Shown here: positions 33,633 to 41,123 of the stretch, in pieces
Layout of the letters: the number at the start of each line of letters is the position of its first letter
Position numbering within the stretch: the first letter of the stretch is position 1
Assembly: GCA_964542495.1 (NCBI GenBank)
Contig: CAZIVZ010000001.1
Span: 1-48,932 of the forward strand
Length of the DNA stretch: 48,932 nucleotides
Origin: an uncultured Aquihabitans sp.
GTDB lineage: Bacteria; Actinomycetota; Acidimicrobiia; Acidimicrobiales; Iamiaceae
Reading direction: 5' to 3'
Notes under the pieces: model-generated
What the model was told of the DNA's origin: nothing
The model's input: only the letters and a program-made list of their open reading frames with translations
Database searches by the model: none
Position numbers and translations under genes: made by a program

Positions 33633-36268
33633 CGCTGGCCCCCGATCGTGACAGGCGTCGGCCCGGCCCGGGTCACGCCGCCATCGGGCAGGGGCGCGTC
33701 CTGATCGAAGCTGCGAGCCGGGTCGAACGCGGGGTCGTGGGAACGAGCGGGGCCGCGCAGACCCGCTGCCACCGAACCGGGCAACAGGCGGACGAGGGGC
33801 GACTGGAGCTCGTAGGCGGTGGAGGAGCCGATCTGGAACTCGCCCTGGTGTCGTTCGTTGCGGCTGTCGCCGACGAAGGTCAGGGTGTTGTCGCAGAGGG
33901 CGAGCGGATCGCCCTCGACCTCGAACCGGGCGCTGCCGTACTCGGCGAGCGGCTTCGTGGGAGTGGTTGGGTGGCCTGATGCGAACAGGCCGCGGGTGGC
34001 CTCGAAGTAGTAGCTGGGGTAGTCGTGGGCGAGGGTCAGGGAGTCGGGAAAGGTACGGCCCAGCGCGGGCATCAGGAACCGGTTCAGCTCGATCACCGCG
34101 GAGAGGGCCGACGATGCCGGGACGTCGAGGTCCGCCTGCAGCATCTGGCCGACCTCGTCGTAGAAGCTGCGCCACCCGGCCGGGGCCATGGCGTGGAGGT
34201 CGAAGTTGTTCAGGGTCCAGCTGAGGTGCGGGAACCGTTCGGGATCGTCGTGGGAGAGGTCGAGCAGGTGGTCCATGACCCGGGTGGCCTCGATGCCGTG
34301 GTCCCACTGGACGAAGCGCAGGATGTGGCGGAGCAGGCCCATGCGCTCGCAGATGATGTCGATCTTGCGGAGCTGGACCATGCGGGCCCGGTCGGCCTCG
34401 GTGAAGGTGGACGTCGACCGGATCAGGTTGTCCGCGTCGGAGCGGATCTGGTGCTCCTCTCGGTAGACGGGGTCGTTCATCGGGGCGTTGGGGAGGATCT
34501 GCACCGGCCAGGTCCGCACCAGGATCTCCTGGTCGAGCATGAACTGGAGGTCCCGGCGGTACGAGTCGTAGGTCTGGCCCGGGATGCCGAGGAGCAGGTC
34601 TCCCTGGAGCGGGTGGAGCCGGCGGCGGTAGTCGGCCGCCAGGGCGACGAAGTGGTCGGTGCCGATGTTCGACCGGTGCAGTGCCTCCAAGGTCTGCTCG
34701 TCCGTGGTCTGCAGCGAGAGCGAGGCGGCCGAGGAGATGGCGGCCTCGCCGAGGATGTCCATGATCTGCACGAAGTGCTTCGTGGTGTTCTTCGCGGGAT
34801 AGAAGACCAGGACCTTCGGGAAGCCCGTGCGGTGCTTGACCTCGGCGATGCGCGAGGCGGTCTCCACGTCCCGGGACATGATGCCGAAGTTGGCATCGGG
34901 CAGGTTGATGGCGCTCACGCCCCGAGCGGCCGCCCACTCGACCTCTCGCGAGACGCGGTCGAGGCCGAACTTGCGGATCCTCGACAGGGTCGAGGAGCCC
35001 CAGTCGCAGAACGAGCAGCTGTAGGGACAACCCCGGTTCGTCTCGACCGAGAGGCAGGTGTTCCACGACTCGCCGTCGATGTGGTCGAACTCGCCGGTGA
35101 GGTACGGCGATGGGAGCGCGTCGAGGTCGGTGATGCGGGGACGGTCGTCGGTGCGGATCACCGCTCCGGTCTGCGGATGGCGGAAGGTGAGCCCGGTGAT
35201 CTCGCCGAGGACGTCCGGATCGAGGGCGGGGAGCGTGGGGGTCAGGGCGACCAGCAGCTCGCAGACCATGTGCTCGCCCTCGCCGCGGGTGAGGACGTGG
35301 GCGATGTCGGCGTGCTCGGTCAGAAATGCCTCGGCCTCGCCTTCGTACCGAGGGCTCGACGGACCTCCGTGGATCACGACGAGGTCGGGGTTGAGGGCCC
35401 GAGCTCGGCGGGCCGCCTCGAGGTTCGCCTCGAGCGACCACACGTAGTCGCTGCACAGCAGCACGGCCGGGCCACGACGCGTGGCCAGGTCGGCCAGGAA
35501 CGAGGCGGCCGTCTCGGGTCGGCGGATCTCGTAGGTCTCGTTGAGGGCCCCACCGGCGTGGTGGCGGGCGGAAGCGGTGAGCATGCCGAGCGCCAGCAGC
35601 GGCCCGACCTCCGGGTGCCAGATGGCGTAGACGGGGATCCGCCCCGGCGGACCTCCCGGCTCCGGGCCTCCGGTGGCGGTCACCGTCGGCTGCGGGGTGG
35701 GGGCGGGCGCCTCGTCGGGCGCCGGGCTCGGCGCCGCCCGCGATGGGCCGGCACCGACGTGCAGCAGCCCCAGCGACACCAGGCGGGCGGCCCGGGACGC
35801 GACGTCGGCGATGGCCCCCGAGGTCACCAGGGCGTCGACCCTGGTTGTGCACGACGTGGAGCCGAGCAACCGGAGGTCGTCGGCGTCGAGCAACGCCTGC
35901 CGTCCGCCCCGGTCCTCGACCAGCCACCCGTCGGCGGTGGCTTCGGCGGCGAAGCCCCATGCCGGGGTCACGAGCTGGTCGGGTGGGAGCGGGGTGATCG
36001 GTCGGAGGTGGTCGGGCGTTGGGCACGGACCCGCGGGCAGGAGCTCGGCGAGGTCCTGCGGCGGTGTGGGTGCACCGGAGAGCACGGTTCGCCACCACTG
36101 CGGCCCCTGCTTCACCAGCACCTCGAGCGGCGCCGCGCTCACCTGTCCGACGTCGGACGGTGCGGGGTCCACGACGTCACGGGAGCCCAGGCGCGACCCG
36201 AGCAAGCCAGCGATCTTCGACCTCACCCCGGGCACCTCCCTCCCGATGGTCCGAGGACCGGACGACAT
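33629..36268 (-). CDS. Large cobalamin-dependent radical SAM protein (close paralogue of 30163-32820)
   Basis: GRIPVYAIWHPEVGPLLALGMLTA, IHGGPS, ETNRGCPYSCSFCDWG, DANFG. Start is uncertain; the ATG at 36268 was chosen because TACGCT lies upstream. Confidence 0.92.
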   Translation of the reverse strand: MSSGPRTIGREVPGVRSKIAGLLGSRLGSRDVVDPAPSDVGQVSAAPLEVLVKQGPQWWRTVLSGAPTPPQDLAELLPAGPCPTPDHLRPITPLPPDQLVTPAWGFAAEATADGWLVEDRGGRQALLDADDLRLLGSTSCTTRVDALVTSGAIADVASRAARLVSLGLLHVGAGPSRAAPSPAPDEAPAPTPQPTVTATGGPEPGGPPGRIPVYAIWHPEVGPLLALGMLTASARHHAGGALNETYEIRRPETAASFLADLATRRGPAVLLCSDYVWSLEANLEAARRARALNPDLVVIHGGPSSPRYEGEAEAFLTEHADIAHVLTRGEGEHMVCELLVALTPTLPALDPDVLGEITGLTFRHPQTGAVIRTDDRPRITDLDALPSPYLTGEFDHIDGESWNTCLSVETNRGCPYSCSFCDWGSSTLSRIRKFGLDRVSREVEWAAARGVSAINLPDANFGIMSRDVETASRIAEVKHRTGFPKVLVFYPAKNTTKHFVQIMDILGEAAISSAASLSLQTTDEQTLEALHRSNIGTDHFVALAADYRRRLHPLQGDLLLGIPGQTYDSYRRDLQFMLDQEILVRTWPVQILPNAPMNDPVYREEHQIRSDADNLIRSTSTFTEADRARMVQLRKIDIICERMGLLRHILRFVQWDHGIEATRVMDHLLDLSHDDPERFPHLSWTLNNFDLHAMAPAGWRSFYDEVGQMLQADLDVPASSALSAVIELNRFLMPALGRTFPDSLTLAHDYPSYYFEATRGLFASGHPTTPTKPLAEYGSARFEVEGDPLALCDNTLTFVGDSRNERHQGEFQIGSSTAYELQSPLVRLLPGSVAAGLRGPARSHDPAFDPARSFDQDAPLPDGGVTRAGPTPVTIGGQR

Positions 36269-36278
36269 CGGTCCGCCA

Positions 36279-36355
36279 AGCGTACCGGAGAGCCGCCCCA
36301 CGTTCACCGAGGACGGCCTTCCGGCCAGAGGGCTGCTGTGACCGGCTGATACCAT
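36279..36355. promoter_or_regulatory. Divergent promoter region (TACGCT on minus at 36279-36284; TACCAT on plus at 36350-36355)
   Basis: TANNNT hexamers pointing toward the divergent rSAM and wzm genes. Confidence 0.3.
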
Positions 36356-36389
36356 CTCGTGGCCCCGTCCCCGGTCCTGGAGCCTCGTC

Positions 36390-37265
36390 GTGAGTGAGGG
36401 CACCCTCGATCATCCCCCAGCCACCTCGGCCGCTGCTGCGATTCCCGACCGGGCGGCCTCGGAGGAGCCGGGCTCACCGGCGTCGAGGGGCTTCGCGGAC
36501 CGCAACCGTTGGACGCTGGAGCTCGTCCGCGTCCTGACGCCCCGTGAGCTGCGGTCCCGCTACCGCCAGAGCGTGCTGGATCTGGCGTGGGCGCTCATCA
36601 CCCCCATCTCCATCCTGGTGGTGTACGGCATCGTGCTCACCCAGAGCTTCAACGTGACCGGGGACGGGACGCCGTACCTGAGCATGGCCTGGTCGGGGTT
36701 GGTCCTGTGGACCTTCTTCGCGGGGGCGCTCGGCGGCGCCGCGTCGAGCCTCATCTACTCCGCCGACCTGATCACCAAGGTGTACTTCCCGAAGGAGGCG
36801 ATCCCCCTCTCGATCGTCGGTGCCTCGCTCGCCGACCTCGGGATCGGCCTGCTCACGGTGGCCGTCGTGCTCCCGGTCCAGGGGGTGGCGATCTCGTGGA
36901 CCGTGGTGCTCGCCGTGGTGCCGCTGCTGGTGCTGGTGGTGTGGGCCGCCGCGCTGAGCGTGGTGGTCGCCGTGCTCGCCGCCTTCATCCGAGACGTGCC
37001 CCACCTGGTCCAGCTGGTGGTCCGCGTGGGCTTCTTCGCCTCGCCGGTGATGTACCCGGCGAGCGCGCTGCCGCCGGCGCTGCGCTGGTCGGGGAGCGTG
37101 AGCCCGGTGGCCGTCGCCCTCGAGGGCTTCCGTGACGCGGTGCTGCACGGACGGGTGCCGGCCCTGGGGCTGCTCGCCGTCCAGTTCACGATCGGCCTGG
37201 TCCTGCTGGTGGCGGCCGTGTCCTACACCCGTGCCGTGGAGTCCCGGCTCACCGATGTCGTCTGA
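36390..37265 (+). CDS. wzm: ABC-2 polysaccharide/polyol-phosphate export permease (Wzm/TagG type)
   Basis: RELRSRYRQSVLDLAWALITP, LITKVYFPKE, RDVPHLV, FFASPVMYP. Confidence 0.93.
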   Translation: MSEGTLDHPPATSAAAAIPDRAASEEPGSPASRGFADRNRWTLELVRVLTPRELRSRYRQSVLDLAWALITPISILVVYGIVLTQSFNVTGDGTPYLSMAWSGLVLWTFFAGALGGAASSLIYSADLITKVYFPKEAIPLSIVGASLADLGIGLLTVAVVLPVQGVAISWTVVLAVVPLLVLVVWAAALSVVVAVLAAFIRDVPHLVQLVVRVGFFASPVMYPASALPPALRWSGSVSPVAVALEGFRDAVLHGRVPALGLLAVQFTIGLVLLVAAVSYTRAVESRLTDVV

Positions 37266-39660
37266 TCGTCCCGGCCGCCCGCCGGTGGTGGAGCTGGTCG
37301 ACGTCACCAAGGTGTACGACCGTGCCGGGCGCGGGTTGCGATGGCGGTCGCTCGTCCCCTCGCTGCCGGACCGACCCCGGGCCCCGCACGTGGCGCTCGA
37401 TCGCGTCGACCTCACGGTCGGCCGAGGTGAGGCGGTGGGGCTGATCGGCCCGAACGGCGCCGGCAAGTCCACCGTGCTGCGGCTGGTCGCCGGGGTGACC
37501 CAGGCCACCCGGGGCCAGGTCAGCTGCCGGGGACACATCGGGGCGATGATCGAGCTCGGGGTCGGGTTCCACCCCGAGCTCACCGGATGGGAGAACGTCC
37601 GCTGCGCCGCCGTGGTGCGGGGGATCCACCGGTCCGAGCTGGAACCGGCGCTCGGCGACATCGCGGCCTTCGCCGACGTGGAGGACGCGATGGACACCCC
37701 GATGAAGAAGTACTCGGTGGGCATGCGGGCCCGGCTCGCCTTCGCGCTGGCCACCCAGTTCCCCGTCGACGTCCTGGTGATCGACGAGGTGCTGGCCGTC
37801 GGCGACCCGGACTTCCAGACCCGCTGCCTCAACCGGGTGGCGTCCATGATCGAAGCAGGCGCCACGCTGCTGTTCGTCTCGCACGAGATGCGCCTTGTGT
37901 CGCTGATGTGCGAGCGGACGGTGCGCCTCGAGGAGGGGGTGGTCGTCGACGACGGGCCGACCACCGAGGTGGTGGCTCGCTACCTCAAGCAGAAGCCCTC
38001 GAGCGCCCGGGCCGGAGCCGACCGTCCCATCCGGATCCGGAGCTACGACATCAGTCCTCGCGTGGATCCCTGGGGCCGGCTCGAGGTCGCCGCGGAGGTC
38101 GAGGTCGTCCGCCCGGTACGCCAGCCGCGCGTGTCGGTCGACCTCACGATCCCGACGCTGAACCCTGATCTCGTCCACGTCGTCGCGTCGGACAAGGTCC
38201 CCGGCCTGGCCAAGCGGGGGACCTACCGCCTCACGGGCGTCAGCGCACCGTTCGGCTGGAAGAACCTCGACCTGCGCGTCGCGCTCCAGCTGGCCGAGGG
38301 CACCGACGTGTCCGACGTCGGCGAGGCCGACCTGCGGATGACCGGCGACGGGCTGGCCTGGTCCTACCTGGCGATCGAGCCCGAGTGGCACGTCGAGCCC
38401 GAGGTCACCGATGGGTCGTCCGCTCGGAACCGGATCGTCGGCGGCGGCGTCAGCGGTCGCCCCGTGATCCGGCTGGAGGGGGTGACCAAGGCGTACCGGA
38501 CGGGACGAGCCCGGGCGGCCATGCGCGCCGCCGTTCCGGGCGCGTGGGGTGCTGGTGGCCTGCACGACCTGTTGGCCCTCGACGGCCTGGACCTCGAGGT
38601 GGGCGCGGGGGAGGCGCTCGGTCTCATCGGCCCGAACGGCGCGGGCAAGTCGACGCTGCTGCGGGTCGTGGCCAACCTCACGCGCGCCGATGCGGGGCGG
38701 GTCGAGGTGGCCGAGCGCGTGGTGCCGATGCTCGACTTCGGCTCCGGCATGCACCCCCACATGACCGGGCGGGAGAACGTCCGGGTCCGGTGCCGGTTGA
38801 TGGGCATGTCGGCGGCGGAGGCGGAGACCGACCTCGACCGGATCATCGACTTCGCCGGCGTGGGCCCGGCGATCGATGCCCAGGTCCACCAGTACTCGTC
38901 GGGGATGCTCGCCCGGCTCGGCTTCGCCGTCGCCATCCACTGCCCCGGTCGCATCCTGCTCGTCGACGAGCTTCTCGCCGTGGGCGACGAGGCGTTTCGC
39001 CGGGAGGCGCTCGCCGCCATCGAGCGGCGGCGCCGCAGCGGTGACACGGTGTTGTTCGTGTCCCACGAGATGCAGCTGATCGAGCAGACCTGTGGGCGGG
39101 TGGTGCGCCTCGAGCACGGGAAGGTGGTCGCCGACGGCCCGGTCACCGATCTCGTCGGCACCCATGCCGGAGAGGGCTGGGCGGCCGGGGTCCACGACGC
39201 CACGAGCGGGATCACCCTCGAGCAGCTCAGGGTCCGGCAGCGCAAGATCAGCGTCGGTGGTTCGCTCGAGTTCGAAGGGGTGCTCCAAGTGGACGAGCCC
39301 GCACCGCACGCCCGCCTCGAACTGTCGTACCGGGCCATCCCGGAGGACCGCTCGCAGGTGACCACCCGCGAGGACCGCAACATCCGCAGCTTCTTCCTGA
39401 AGACGGTCGAGCCCGCGGGAGGGGTGCTGGCCCAGCCGGGCCGGTACCGCTACCGGTGCACCCTCCACCGCCACGAGGTCTCCGGCAGCTTCGACCTGGT
39501 GCTGGCCGCGGTCGACGACCGTGAGGACGTGGTGATGGCAGAGACCTGGCACGAGGTGCTCATCGGCCACCCGAACACCAACGGCATGCCCACCTTCACC
39601 GCGGACTTCACGTGGCGGGTGGAGGCGTCCGAGGCGGTGACGGTGGTGGGAGCTTCGTGA
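37255..39660 (+). CDS. wzt: Polysaccharide export ABC ATPase (Wzt/TagH type), tandemly duplicated: NBD-C-domain-NBD-C-domain
   Basis: Two GPNGAGKS Walker A motifs; GFHPELTGWEN and GMHPHMTGREN; YSVGM and YSSGM; IDEVLAVGD and VDELLAVGD; two VSHE. Each NBD is followed by a beta-rich domain. Confidence 0.92.
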   Translation: MSSDRPGRPPVVELVDVTKVYDRAGRGLRWRSLVPSLPDRPRAPHVALDRVDLTVGRGEAVGLIGPNGAGKSTVLRLVAGVTQATRGQVSCRGHIGAMIELGVGFHPELTGWENVRCAAVVRGIHRSELEPALGDIAAFADVEDAMDTPMKKYSVGMRARLAFALATQFPVDVLVIDEVLAVGDPDFQTRCLNRVASMIEAGATLLFVSHEMRLVSLMCERTVRLEEGVVVDDGPTTEVVARYLKQKPSSARAGADRPIRIRSYDISPRVDPWGRLEVAAEVEVVRPVRQPRVSVDLTIPTLNPDLVHVVASDKVPGLAKRGTYRLTGVSAPFGWKNLDLRVALQLAEGTDVSDVGEADLRMTGDGLAWSYLAIEPEWHVEPEVTDGSSARNRIVGGGVSGRPVIRLEGVTKAYRTGRARAAMRAAVPGAWGAGGLHDLLALDGLDLEVGAGEALGLIGPNGAGKSTLLRVVANLTRADAGRVEVAERVVPMLDFGSGMHPHMTGRENVRVRCRLMGMSAAEAETDLDRIIDFAGVGPAIDAQVHQYSSGMLARLGFAVAIHCPGRILLVDELLAVGDEAFRREALAAIERRRRSGDTVLFVSHEMQLIEQTCGRVVRLEHGKVVADGPVTDLVGTHAGEGWAAGVHDATSGITLEQLRVRQRKISVGGSLEFEGVLQVDEPAPHARLELSYRAIPEDRSQVTTREDRNIRSFFLKTVEPAGGVLAQPGRYRYRCTLHRHEVSGSFDLVLAAVDDREDVVMAETWHEVLIGHPNTNGMPTFTADFTWRVEASEAVTVVGAS

Positions 39661-41123
39661 GCGGTCGAGGCGCCGACGCCCACCACCCCGGAGGCCAGGT
39701 CCTGGTCGATCCGGCCGCCGACGCCGAGCTGGCCCGGGTCGGCTACGTCGTCGTCCCGTTCCTGGACGCAGGTGAGGTCGACGACCTCCGCCGCGGCCAG
39801 CGCGCGCTGCACGCCCAACACGACGACGGCCTGGTCATCGACTTCACGCTCGCCGACCGGGCCAGCATGCGGACGGCGGCGCAGCTCCTGGCGCCCATGT
39901 GGGACCGCAAGCTCGACGCCCTCTTCACCGGGCACCGGGTGGTGGTGTCCACGTTCGTCGTGAAGAACCCTGGTCCGGCGTCGGCCATGGCCATGCACCG
40001 GGAGCCGACCTTCGTCGACGGCGACGCCCGCACGTTCAACACATGGGTGCCCCTGGTCGCGGTCGACGCGGCCACGGCGAACGGGATCCTGCGCCTGGTG
40101 CCCGGCAGCGAGCGCCTGCCCGACGGGCTCGTCGGCTTCAACACCCCCCCCAACTTCCGCCACTACGAGGGTGCGCTGGCGGAGGCGTCGGTCGGGGTCG
40201 ACGTCCCCGCGGGGTCCGCGCTCGTCTACGACACCCGGATGCTGCACTGGTCCGAGGCCAACACGAGCGAGGTGCCCCGGCCGGCGATCGCCGCCGCCGT
40301 CGCTCCCCGGGGGGTCCCGCTGGTCAACGTCGTCGCCACCGGCCGGCGCGGACGGCGGGTGCACCGCGTCGAGCCGGACTTCTTCGTCGACGTGCACCCC
40401 GCCGAGGTCCTGGAGCGCATCCACGAGGAGCGCCCCCTGGTCCGTTCCACCGAGGAATCGCCCGTGCTGACCCCCGCGGCGGTGCAGGCCGCCGTCGGCC
40501 TCGACGCGCCGCCGGTGCGCCGGACGGTCGTCCCGGGTGACGTCGAACCGGAACCGGGCGAGCTGCGCGAGCTCGGCGGCGAGGCCGCCCCGGGTGCGGC
40601 CCTGCCGGACCACGACGTCACCCAGGGATCTGCGGTGCTCGACGGGCTGGCGCCCGTGCCGTGGTTGGTCGTCGCCGAGTGTGCAGGTGCCTCCGTGGCC
40701 GAGCTGGGTGCGGCCCGACCGGCGATCCCTCCCGAGGTCGCGTCCGGTCTGTCGTCGCTGGCGGTGGGTGCCACGGTGGCCGTCGTGGTCGTCGACGCGG
40801 GAGGAAGGGTCACGCTGCGATCCGACGGGCACCTCCGCGTCGCGTCGTATGAAGCGCCCGAGCTGCGGGCCGGCCTTCGCTCCGGTGGGTGGGTCGGCAC
40901 CCTCACCCCCGGTGTGGTGTTCGAGCTGGCGGGTGATCAGCCGGTGACGCTGTGGAACGACGGCCCGGGCCCGACCTGGTCGGTGTTGTGCCCCGGAGGG
41001 ATGCCCGCCGACGATCCCGTCGAGTCGGAGGCGTCGGCGGCTCCGGTCAGGCCTCGAGGGCGCGTTGCACGGCTGCTCGGCGGGTGTTGGCGCCTCGGAC
41101 GTGGGGGTGCCAGCGGAAGCTGA
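39657..41123 (+). CDS. PhyH-family dioxygenase (HxE motif) with degenerate C-terminal cupin/AspH-like domain
   Basis: GYVVVPFLD, MHREPTFVD, NGILRLVPGS, YDTRMLHWS..N; C-terminal PVTLWNDGPGP. GTGA coupling to wzt. Confidence 0.85.
   Translation: MSGRGADAHHPGGQVLVDPAADAELARVGYVVVPFLDAGEVDDLRRGQRALHAQHDDGLVIDFTLADRASMRTAAQLLAPMWDRKLDALFTGHRVVVSTFVVKNPGPASAMAMHREPTFVDGDARTFNTWVPLVAVDAATANGILRLVPGSERLPDGLVGFNTPPNFRHYEGALAEASVGVDVPAGSALVYDTRMLHWSEANTSEVPRPAIAAAVAPRGVPLVNVVATGRRGRRVHRVEPDFFVDVHPAEVLERIHEERPLVRSTEESPVLTPAAVQAAVGLDAPPVRRTVVPGDVEPEPGELRELGGEAAPGAALPDHDVTQGSAVLDGLAPVPWLVVAECAGASVAELGAARPAIPPEVASGLSSLAVGATVAVVVVDAGGRVTLRSDGHLRVASYEAPELRAGLRSGGWVGTLTPGVVFELAGDQPVTLWNDGPGPTWSVLCPGGMPADDPVESEASAAPVRPRGRVARLLGGCWRLGRGGASGS

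Noticed and set aside
30163-36268. Classical RiPP cluster
   Set aside because: No convincing precursor peptide, peptidase or peptide exporter is present in the window; the transporter is glycan-type.
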